Shown: one piece after another, positions 50,029-61,285 of the stretch | How the letters are laid out: the number at the start of each line of letters is the position of its first letter | Position numbering within the stretch: the first letter of the stretch is position 1 | Assembly: GCA_023213395.1 (NCBI GenBank) | Contig: CM041465.1 | Coordinates: 38,199,741-38,263,740, forward strand | Length of the DNA stretch: 64,000 bases | Source: Cycas panzhihuaensis | Lineage: Eukaryota; Plantae; Cycadophyta | Reading direction: 5' to 3' | Position numbers and translations under genes: made by a program | The notes under the pieces: model-generated | The model's database searches: none | Told to the model about the DNA's origin: nothing | The model's input: only the letters and a program-made list of their open reading frames with translations

Positions 50029-52279
50029 TATTAGAGATTTCAAGCAGAATGCTTGCTAGTAAACCAAAGAGAGCTTCAGGAAGAGAAGCTACTGTTAAAT
50101 CCCATTTAGCAAGAGGTGGAACCCACTTGCTACTCTTTCACTCAACTCATTTGGCTAGACAGGTAGTTTGGCCTGTTCCCGGGATGGTGTTGACAAATGT
50201 TGATAGAATCATATATCTAAAGCAGGTTCCTATAGAATTGGTAGATGCAGTGACTGGTTACCCACGTAATGCAGTAGATGAAATTTGTTTTATATGAATA
50301 TCAACAAGAATTGGTTTGTGCAACTTTGAGATATGGTGAAGATTTCAGCATAGTTGAAGAAGGTAGATGGTGCCCGTCTAATTTGAAAAAGACAGATGGT
50401 TACTGCCTTGATACAAGGGTGTTATCCCTAGTATGTGTTGATGTAACATTAATAATTAAATATTATGAGGGGGTGTTAGAATAATGTTTAATTATGCAAT
50501 GCTAGAAGACCCTCTTAACTCATTTATTAAATGTTAAATTAGTGTCATTTGTTAATGTAGTAGTTATAATTGTTCTCACATATTGTTGAATAACCATGAC
50601 GTGACAATGTACTATAAGTATACTTTCATAATAATTTGGGATGATCATTTCCCACAAGATCTTTTGTCTTTTGTACATAATTCTTTCATTTATTTGTTGT
50701 TTACAGCTTCTACACCTCCTGGATTTGCATCTTCAACATAAATTATCCATGATCACGACTTATCATCCTCAAATTGATGGGAAAACAGAACTAATAAATA
50801 AGTGTTTGGAGGGATACTTACAAAATTGTACCTTAAACAAACAACAATTATGGCATAAATGGCTCCACCTGGCAAAATGGTGGTATAATACCATATACCA
50901 TACGGCAACCAAGATGACCCCCTTTCAAGCACTCTATAGATTCGAACCACCATCTATCCTCACATGGACCAAGACATCTCGAGTACAAACAGTCCAGGAG
51001 TAGTAAGAATAGATGGAACAAGCAATCTAAATACTGAAGGACAATCTAAACATGGCGAGGAATCAGATGAAGTAACAAGCAAACTTGCACAGATAGAACT
51101 TTTTCAATAGGCGATTAGACTTTTTAAAGATTGCAGCCATACTAGCAATCAACTATAAAACAAACAAATAAACAGAAATTGGCCCCCCGATTCTTTGAAC
51201 CATACCAAGTCATCGATAAAACGGGAGAAGTAGCATACAAGTTGGCCCTACCTCTTGGTAGCCAAATCCATAATGTCTTCCATGTATCATGTCTCAAAAA
51301 GAAACTCAAGGGAAATATCACTTCTCAAACTAAAATTCTAGAACTAGATGAAGAAGGAAAGATCATTATTGAACTAGAGGTAATTCTTTAGATTTGATCT
51401 AAAGAACTACATTCCAGAGAGGTCAAAGAATATCTCATAAACTAGAAGACCTTGGATTACAAAGATACGACTTGGGAGTTAGAAGCATGGTATTTCCTAC
51501 ACCCAGATTTACGCATGATTTAAGGGCAAAGCATGTTTTCAGGGGGAAGGACTTGTAGTATTTCTTCCTCCTACTTGGTTGACTTCTAAAAGAATTGTTT
51601 GGCCAACTTCAAATGAGCTAAAACCATATTATTTTCTGGCTGACTTCACATTATATTCTAGCCAACTTTATAATGCATTTTGGCTGACTTTGAAGGGATA
51701 TTACCAGCTTTTATCTTCCCTTTTGGCCAAGCTTCCTAAGCACCTTTCAAGCTGCCTATATAAAGGGATCTTCAGCCTCTTCCTAGACCATCTTAAGTGA
51801 AATTGAGCTACTGTATTTTTGGCCAATAGGGTTGCATTTTTGGAGGGAACCTCACCTTGAAGAGGAAGTCTGGGATAAGCATTTTATCTGTAAGTTTCGT
51901 ACCTTATATTTTCACTTATTTAGTCTATTATATATATATCTATATGTAAGTACATTACACTACTCTACTTTTCAGTCAATTGTATGCATTCTTCCCATGT
52001 TTTAGTGATATTCTATGCTAGTTAGCTACTTTTCTGTATAAAATCCCTGGGGGGCTCACTCTATGATTGATTCCCCAAAACTTCAAAGCATTCTGCCCAA
52101 AATGTTATACTGAACCTTAGACCACAATCACTGGCAATCTCATTTGGCATACTAAAATGAGAAAAGATTTCAACCAACACAATTGAAGTAGTATCAACAC
52201 CAGAGTGAGTCATTTGACAAGAAATAAACCTTGATAACTTTGTGAGTCAAACTGCCACAACTAGAATTTGATTTGATTA

Positions 52280-55200
52280 TGTTGTTTTTGGGTGCTAGGC
52301 AAATGGGTTATGAGGTCCGTTGAAAAGCTATGCCATTTACCTTTACATATTGGTTGTTAGAATATTATTCATGTTTACATTAATTTGGTTATTTGGGGGT
52401 CACCAACCAACAACTAGACATGTGTGCAACCAGCTACTTGTTGGTTTGTTACATGTCATTGTGTATTTATTGTACATATTCACAAATATTGGAATGTTAC
52501 AGTGAAAGATTACTTTTTGAAGGATAGACTAGTTCTATCTAAAATAATGCGTACAACTTTTTTCTTTTGATTTTCAACCATATTTTTGACATGGTATTAG
52601 AGCCATGTTTAGAGGGGTGGTTGTCGCATCCTACAGGAACAAGTAAGAATGATGCAAAGCAGATTTCCATGAAGAAAAAGGAGGAGTACAAAAACATGCA
52701 GAAAAAGTGAAGATTACATCCATGCATTCAAACCTGTAAGATACAAGAATCTACAATTGATTTTTGCATTCTAGGGTTTGAGATTTTTGAAGACAATAAG
52801 TAAAATAAAAATTCGTATACATAAAGAAACATTGAAATAAAAGGAAATAAAATGTTATTTGCAACTTTGTGTAGAAATCTATTCTAAAACAATTGTTCAT
52901 TCAACTTTTCTTAAAAATTTTTAAACATCAAAACCTATTAAAAAATTTGGGTTTTACATGAAATAGATTTTTTTTTTTTTTTTTTTTTTTTTGTGTTTAC
53001 AAACAAAATATTGAGGAGATAAATGTCTGCACATCCTAGCATTTAGCTGTGTAATTATAGATTTTTTCTTGGCTACAAAACATAAAGAGAAGAGGCCATT
53101 CGAGCTTGCTCTTTGTCATTCTACTGTTAAAGCCTCCATCTAAAAAAAAAAGAAAAATAATCTCCATTGTGCAACTATTGGAAGAAAGCTACAAAAACCC
53201 TCGCTGTGACTATTAAACTTGGTTGGGTGCCATATTTCTATCAATATAGTGGAGTTTTTAAAAGCAATCTACAACATTAACAACAAAAAATTCAAAAATA
53301 TCAGTCCTCATGAAGATTAAGAACGAACAAAGATGGCAAATGAACTTTGTATGCATGTAAATCACTGAATGATGAAGAACAATAGTTGATGAAGATAACC
53401 TTTTGCTAGGTGTCTGACAGGAGAGTTGTCGAACCTGAATGCTAGAGATTGAAGCCCTTTTCTTTGAAATATACTAACAAATCGTTGATTAAAATACATG
53501 AAAATGTCTGTTGTTGAAGATCGATGAATTGTGCTACCATGTGGAGCAGATTTAGAGCTCGATATTCATTCTCGCCATCATCGCATAGAGGAGAAAGCAA
53601 TGAATAATAATATAGAGGTCCGTAGTCATAAAAATCCCTATGCAAAATTCAATCAATTCGATCATATTTCTCATCATGTAGGTCATCATAGTCGCCGCTG
53701 CACATAGTGAAGGTGAAGAAGAATGAAGTAAAAAAAAAACTTAGGGTTTAAGAAATAACCAAGTTATGAAAATTGGAATGTTTTTTTTTTTAATTTTTTG
53801 GAGTCCACTCTTTTTTAGTGATTGGTGGTTTCATGAAATCACATGTGACCTTTAGGCTTGTGTAAAAAGAGGCTTTATTCAATATTTAAAGTGAGGCAAA
53901 CAAAAATCACTGTAACTTTTCATTATAGTGTTTGTTTTTCAAACCGTCAAATTTGACAGACTTGTATATGTAGTTTCCATAAAAAATTTAATGCTTGAAT
54001 ATAACAATAAAAAGTATCAATATCTTGCACGATATTTGACTTTTTAATGATTTGATCGGTTACCTGCATGTAGACTAATGTCATTTATAGGTGCCCTATG
54101 TGATAACCTAATTAAAAAAAAGGCTAAATTAATAAAATTAAGAATTTTTGGTGATGTGTATGAGGCTTATTTTTAGCCTACACCATAGCATTGTTTTGTG
54201 ATTCGCGTGTTGCTCCTCCTCCTCCTCTATTAGATTAGTTTAAAGTGGTTCCTTTACAAGTTGAAGGTGCAAAGTTGAATTAAACAGTGTTACAATAGTC
54301 AACAATAGCATTATGGGTGCAATAACTATTCAGTTAACAAGGGTGGAAAACTTTCCCCTCTAGAAACATCAAATGAAAAATTTCCTCAATATAAATGATA
54401 TGTGGTAATACATTGAACAAGAACCCAAAATGCCAACAAACACAAATGAACAAAATAAATTGAAGGCAAGGTTGAGAATCACATTAGGGTTCATAAACCT
54501 ATCAATAGTTGGAAATTCGTTCATGAATGTGGCTACTACAACCACACCCAAACAAACTTGTGATACAATCATGAAACAAAGGATGTCACACAAATTTTGG
54601 CATTGAGAAACCAACTATATAGCTTAAAACTTATAGGGTCAATGATTGATCACCTGCAAGAGGTTAAGATGATCACTGAACAATTGAGTTCAATGGAGAA
54701 ACTTGTGGAAGACCTAGAGTTGGTCACCATTGTTATAAGACTGCCTCCGCCTTCATATGAAACATTCATTACAAATCTAAATTCGAATGAAAAGCTCAGT
54801 AAGTTAACTTTTAACAAGTTGGAGTGATTGTTAAAGCTGCATGAACAAAGATTAAAAGATATTACTAGAGAATCATCAGGTGGATTAGTAGCTAATTTTA
54901 AGGATAAACAACCCTTCATTCCTAGGAGAGATTATGCATCATTTGAACAAAATGTTCAAAGAGACAATTCCAAAGGACAAGTGAAATGTTGGAATCGTGG
55001 AAGAATTGGTCACTTGAAGAAAAATTGTCAAAGTCCATAGTGGCAACAACCCCAACAACCCCAACCCCAACAACAATAACAACAACAACAATAGCAACGT
55101 CATCATCAATAGTTGAATAGAAAGAATAATGCTCCTCAAGGCAATTATTTGAGTACTCATTCTTCCAATGACATAGAGAAGAGGGAATAGCTCTTCATTG

Positions 55201-56900
55201 CAACATATTTGGTCAGGGATGATACTGATGATGTCTGGATTATCGATTCATATGCGATTAGACAGACCACAAGGAGATTAGAATGGTTTGATGGTATGAA
55301 AAAGACAATAGGTGAATTTGTCACTATAGGTGACAAATATGTTTTGCAAGCAATAGGGATTGGTGAAGTTCGCATCATCATCTACAAAGATAGGAACACC
55401 TACATTGAAACCGTGTTGTGTGTTCTAGGTTTGAAAGCCAATCTCATCTTAATCTCCTATATTAAGAAGCAGGATATGGATATCAAGTTTCAATGCAGTA
55501 AATGTACCATTTGGAACAAATAGGGCAAAATAATTGTTGAAGGAACTAGAGCTGATGATTTGTACATTCTGAATGGCAAATCTGTAAACCAGAAAGCTCT
55601 CAGTATCTCTATAAATAATAAAAATAAACTCTCGCATAAGCAGATGGGCCATTTGAATTATCCCATTCTCCAACTTTTGTATAAACTAAATATGGTATGT
55701 GCCATCCCTAAAATTAGTGCTAAACAATGCCTACGTGAACTATGCATCATGGCCAAGCAACATTGAGAGTCATTTCCGAAAGATAGAGCTTAGAGGGCGA
55801 CAAAGATCTTGGAGTTGATTCACTTCAACATCTGCACACCAATGTCAATCACATCAATTGGAGGAGCCAAATATTTTTTAACATTTATTGATGATTTCTC
55901 CAAGAAAGTTTGTGTTTATCCTATTAAGGATAAGCTACAAACTTTTAGAGTTTTCCAACAATTCAAGGAATGTGTCGAAAATGAATTAAGTCAAAAGCTG
56001 AAGACCTTTAAGATCGACAATAGAGGCAAATATACATCAAAGGAATTTAGCGAATTCAGTAGAGACTGCAACATTAGAAGACAACTGACTACAACTTACA
56101 CACAAGAGAAAAATGGCATTGTTGAATGCATGAATAGGACTTTAGTTGAAAAAACTAAGTCCATGATGAAAAGCAAAGATGTCACTGAGCATTTTTGGGT
56201 TCAAGCAGCAAGTACAATGGCTTATTTGAATAACCAAAATCCAACAAAAGCAATTTGGAACATAACACTAGAGGAGGCTTGGTCTAGAAACAAGTCCACT
56301 TTCAGCCATTTGAATGCATTTGGGAGTGTTGCAGATATGCATACACCCAAGGAAAAGAGGAAAAAGTTCGATGACAAAAGTTCAAAATGTATCCTTGTTG
56401 GATATAATGAGGAAACCAAAGCCTATAGGATTTATAAATTGAAAACAAAAAAGATTCATATAATCTGAGATGTCATCTTTGATGAATTTGACAGACAACT
56501 TGACTTGGCTTCCTTAGATGTAAGACATTTAGTTGATCAACAAACTCAACCAAGTGGTGAACAAATAGAATGTTGTTCCTCAAGACAAGTAGTCATGATT
56601 GATCCTAACCCAATTAGTGAAATTACTGAAGTTGATGATATAATGTATGAAAGGTTCCAGTTCTAGGGACCTCAACCAGGTAACACCGAAGAAGTCTAGT
56701 CTGGTACACCACAAACCTTGGAGGAACAATGTCATGAACCACAACTTCAAATTCTGCCTTCTTCTCCAAAGAAGAAAATGCCCAAATGGTATCTAAGTAC
56801 CATTGAATATGCCAAATTGCTTGAAATTCAAGGTAAGAGAAAATTTAAGTATCTTTTCAATGACCAAGTCAACTTTGCTTTCATAGCTTGTGTGCTTTCT
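52280..56900 (+). mobile_element. Copia element, 5' part (LTR 52280-52591, long leader, gag, PR, INT), interrupted before RT
   Basis: PBS tggtattagagcc 52592-52604; gag with CWNRGRIGHLKKNC knuckle (~54310-55040); WIIDS protease motif; INT ORF 55809-56468; homology stops after QVNFAFIACVL. Confidence 0.88.
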
Positions 56901-56904
56901 CCTT

Positions 56905-57350
56905 TGTCTTCAATAGAACTCAAGCAAAAAGGGAACACACAGAAGAATAACAATCATATTATGAAGACAACATGCTTATATTACCAACATGGAAGCATAA
57001 GTACAACACAATAGATTGAGACAAACCTTACTTTATTACCAAGAAGGGGACTGCACCGACCCAAGAAGGGTCGAGCATAGGCCCGAAACACAATAATTGA
57101 AGAACCCTCAACCCAATATGCAATGAGAGATACAATGGAAGAAGAGAGGAAAAGCCTAATGCACTCTCTTGTCCCCACCATATGCATCTAATGTTCTTTT
57201 ATAGTCTTTACCCCTAACCATTTCCTGACTAACTTCAACTAATTCCCAACTAACTTCCAACTATTAGTTTGTTAACATTAACAATAATTACATCAGCCAT
57301 TATAATTACAATCTAGGGTCCTGTCATACTCCAATTGTGATCTCGTTGTA
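56905..57350 (-). repeat. LTR-like segment of a further nested element (partner not in window)
   Basis: Abrupt loss of Copia homology; non-coding; possible TGTC...TGTCA termini (to 57326); no TSD found. Confidence 0.45.
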
Positions 57351-60300
57351 TGTAACGGTTCTTTCACCCAAATTGACACAGGAGTACGACAGAACGAAGC
57401 AATCTCACAGATAATAGAATACAACTAGCAATTTCTTATATAAAAATACCAAATAAAAGTATATCTCCAAGTATAAATCAATTACAAATACTAGAAAAGA
57501 TGATGTCAAATCGATACAAAGCATAAAATAGAAGTCCAAAATTACTAGTACAACCTGTAATAGTCACCAAACCCTTTGAGGTAGTAATCCTCCTCAGATA
57601 TGCAGCCCTAAGGCCGAAAATCTGCAACTGCCCAAGGTCGAAAATGAGAGGAAAAACTTGCACAAAAATGATGATGGGAAGTGACCTCAAAAGTCCCTAT
57701 TTATAGACGCAAAAACTGGGACTAATTGAAGTTGGCCAAAGCAAGGAGAGGTGCACCCAAAATACTTAATAGAAGTCGGCCAAACTTATAAGGGGTCGCT
57801 TCAAGTCCCCCCCCCCCCCGCTTGAGACTGTGCTTTGCCCTCAAAGCACCGGTAGGTTCAGAAACTGCTTTAACCATTCGTCTTTCTCCCATGTGGCATC
57901 TTCATCGTCCAGGTTCTTCCATTTGATCAAGTGTACATTGATTTGTCTAGACCTGAGTGATCAGGTGCAAGTTTGCAAGATTCCTTCAGGCTCTAGTGTC
58001 ATTTTTCCTTCTTCGTTTAGCTTCGGTATGTTGGACTGTGGTACCATCTTTTCCCCAACTTTCCTTTCCAACCAGGAAACATGGAAAACGTTGTGAATCT
58101 TTGCGCTTTCTGGGAGTCTTAATTGGTATGCGACTACGCCTATTTTGGAGGTGATTTCGTAAGGGCCAAAATATTTGGGCGCAAGCTTTTGGTTGCTTGT
58201 TTTCTGTAATGAAGTCTGTTTGTACGGCTGAAGGCGCAAAAAAACCCAGTCCCCTACTTCGAATTGTCTTTCAGAGCGCTTTAGGTTAGCCTGTTGCTTC
58301 ATCTGGTTTTGTGCCATTGCTAGCTCATATTTCAATCTGGTGATGGTCTCTTCCACTTGCTTCTGATGTTCTTCAACTGCCTGGACCTATGATGGTCTAT
58401 TCCAGGTTAGTAATGAGGGTGGTTGGTATCCATATAAAGCCTGGAAAGGCGTCATCTTTGTTGAGAAATGATAAGTGGTGTTGTACCACCGTTCTGCTAA
58501 GTGCAACCATCGGTGCCATTATTTTTTCTTGTCTAAGCAAAAGTTCCTTAAGTATCCCTCTAAGCATTTGTTGATGATCTCTGTTTGCCCATCTATTTGT
58601 GGGTGGTATGCTGTGCTCATCTTGAGTTTTATACCTGCGACCTTGAAGAGATCCTGCCAAAATTTACTAGTAAACTTTGGGTCACTGTCACTTATGATTG
58701 CCTTTGGGAACCCATGTAAATGATGGATCTCCTTCATGTACAATTTTGCAACTTTGCTGGCCTTTGCTATTGATTTCAACCCTTTGAAGTGGCCATATTT
58801 GGTAAGGCGATCTACTATCACTAGGATTGCATCCTTTCCTTCTAAACAGGGTAATCCTGTTATGAAGTCCATGGATATTTCATCCCATTTTTGTTCTGGG
58901 ATTGACAAAGGCTGGAGTAATCCTGGTGTTTTTACGCATTCAATCCTATTACTCTGGCAAGTATCACATTCTTCCACAAACTTTTGAACGTCTGTTTTTA
59001 ATCATTTCCAATAAAAAGAAGCTCTTATCTTCCTATATGTCTTGTCAATCCCTATGTGGATTGTTATTAGTGTGGAATGAGCTTCTTGTAATATTGTGTC
59101 CTTTAGCGCTGATTTTCTTGGAATGCAGATCTTTCCTTTCCTAAGTATTACTCCCTGTTGTATCTCATACAAGCTAGTTTTGTCCTCACTTGTTTTATCT
59201 ATCAACTGCTTGTATTTCAGATCGTTGTTGTATTCCTCCATTAATGTTTCGTGCCATACTGGGGTAGCCACTGACATCGTTTGTAGTGTTAGCTGCTCGT
59301 CAACTTCTGGGATCCTTGAGAGGGCATTCGCTATGACATTGTCTTTGCCCTTTTCGTATATGATAGAGAAATCAAATGATTGTAGTTTGCTCAACCACTT
59401 TTGTTGTTCGTCTGATAGTGTCTTCTGACTTAAAAAGTACTTAAGACTGTCGTGGTTTGTCTGTACCTAAAAAGGGCTCCCAAGCAAGTATTATCTCCAT
59501 TGGTGGATCACGTGCATTATCGCTAGCATCTCTTTGTCATAAATGGGCTTTAACTTCTCTCTGTTGTTCAGTTTCCTACTTTCGTATGCTATTGGTCTTT
59601 CGTCTTGTAATAGAACTGCTCTTATGCCAAACCTTGATGCATCGCATTCCAAGATGAAAGGTTTTGAGAAATCTGGGATCGCTAGGACTGGTGCTCTTAC
59701 CATTGCGCTCTCAAGTTCTTCAAAGGCATTGTTGGCCATTTTGTTCCATGTGAAGGTGTCCTTCTTAGTTAGGTCCGTTAGTGGGGCTACTATGGTGGCA
59801 TATCCTTCTATGAATTTCTAGAGATATCTATTGCTCCTAGAAAACTGCGAACCCCTATGACGTTCCTTGGTGCTAGCCAATCTACTATTGCTTGTACTTT
59901 TTTGGGGTCAACCTTGATTCCTTCCAGAGTAATTATATGCCCGAGGTATTCAAGTTCCAGTTGGCCAAACGAGCATTTTTTCTTGTTCGCATAAAATAAT
60001 GCCTTTGCTAAGACTTCTGGGACTAATCTCAGGTGCTCCAAATGTGTGCTCCATGTTTTGCTGTAGATGAGGATGTTATCGAAAAAAATAGTACAAATTT
60101 CTTTAAAAATTTCTTGAATGTGGAATTGATGGTGGCCTGAAAAGTTGTTGGAGCATTGGTTAGACCAAAAGGCATCACTTTGAACTCGAATAGTCCTTTG
60201 TGAGTTCTGAAGGCTATTTTGTGGACATCTTCCTCTTTTATCTGAATCTGATGGTATTCGGATCAGAGGTCGATCTTGGAAAAGTATTTTGCCCCCATGT

Positions 60301-61285
60301 ATTTTGTCCAGCAATCGTCGATCCTAGGAATAGGGTATCTGTTCTTTATAGTTAACATGTTTAATCCTCTGTAATCTACACACATCCTGACTGTCCCATC
60401 TTTCTTGGGGTTGATTACCACTGGAGATGCAAATAGGCTTATGCTGCTCTAAATATGGCCTTGCATGAGTAATTCTCTCATTATGTTCTCAATCTCTTTT
60501 CTCATGTGGTACGGGTGCCTGTACGGCCTTATGTTCACTGGCGCCGCTCCTGGAACTAAATCAATTGCGTGCTGAGTTTCTCTTGCTGGAGGTAACCCTT
60601 TTGGTTCTTCGAATACTCGTTTATAGTCATCCAAGATGTGCTGGATTTCCGTTGGAATTTCTTGGATTTCGATCTTCGGGCATGATACTATGTATGTGGG
60701 TGCTTTTTTCCGCATGATTTTTTCCATCCTATAAGACGACACTAGTTGCATTGGTGGATTTTTGGGTCCACGGAGTATATAGTTTGTGTTGTTTATTCGG
60801 AAGAACATGACCCTGGTCATGTAGTTGGTAACTATATTCCCTAAGGTCTACAACCACTGTACCCTTAAGACTACATCGACTCCTCCTATCTGCATCGTAA
60901 ATATGTTGGAATTCAAGGGATACTCACTGATTTTCAAATTGATGTTTCTGTAGAATCCTCTACAAGGCGTTGTCTTCCCGTTAGCAATTGAAACTTGGAA
61001 GGTTTTTAATGGTTCCACCTTTATTCCTAGCTTTTGAGTTGTTGGTCTGTTGATAAAGTTGTGGGTGGTCCCACTATCCACTAGTACCGTTATTGGGGCT
61101 CCTTTCAGGATCCCTTCGAATCGTAGTGTTTGAGGTGCCATACTTTGTCCTGTTATAGCCTACAGAGAAATTTGAACATTCTCTATATCAACTTCTAGTA
61201 ACTCATCCAGTTTGGATTTGGCTTGTTCATCGTTGTCTTCTTGATCTAGGACTGCATCTTCTTCCGTTTGCTCTGGTATATCTAG
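57351..61285 (-). mobile_element. Chromovirus-type Gypsy element, 3' part (PR, RT, RNase H, INT, chromodomain, 3' LTR 57351-57803)
   Basis: PPT (poly-C on plus) 57804-57820. Minus ORFs: [56 protein letters not shown]. Same lineage as 41877-52063. Confidence 0.92.

Larger units (their letters stand above)
46205..50738 (+). mobile_element. 4.5-kb non-autonomous LTR element whose interior is a chain of captured host gene sequences
   Basis: LTRs 46205-46481 and 50474-50738 (TGTTAGAA...TTCAACA). PBS tagtatcagag 46482-46492, PPT atgaggggg before 50474, TSD aaaat/taaat. Removing it restores the Gypsy integrase frame. Confidence 0.92.
41877..52063 (+). mobile_element. Chromovirus-type Ty3/Gypsy element, full-length but decayed, interrupted in INT by 46205-50738
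   Basis: LTRs 41877-42401 and 51554-52063. PBS tggtatcagagc 42404-42415, PPT agggggaagga 51541-51551. TSD caatt/tgatt (both derivable from cgatt). gag knuckle CFKCGGKWNKDHQC, PR ILIDSGSTHNF (43729-44028), RT ~44300-45000, RNase H ~45100-45500, INT MDFIIGLPK...GGTK|LSMITTYHPQIDG across the insertion, chromodomain ~51350-51520. Confidence 0.92.
31664..52279 (-). mobile_element. Old Gypsy element, outermost layer of the intronic nest; 3' LTR 31664-41154 (split), INT/chromodomain-region remnants at 41155-41876 and 52069-52279, remainder interrupted
   Basis: LTR homologous to 21086-21971; PPT (ttctcccct on plus) after 41154; minus-strand integrase remnants such as YCGPFKVLKIVGDVAY..HQVFHVRWLK and EIFSHFSMPNEIASDCGLRF. 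Confidence 0.75.

Noticed and set aside
55043-55100. (CAA)n-like tract
   Set aside because: Ordinary Gln/Pro-rich linker after the gag zinc knuckle.
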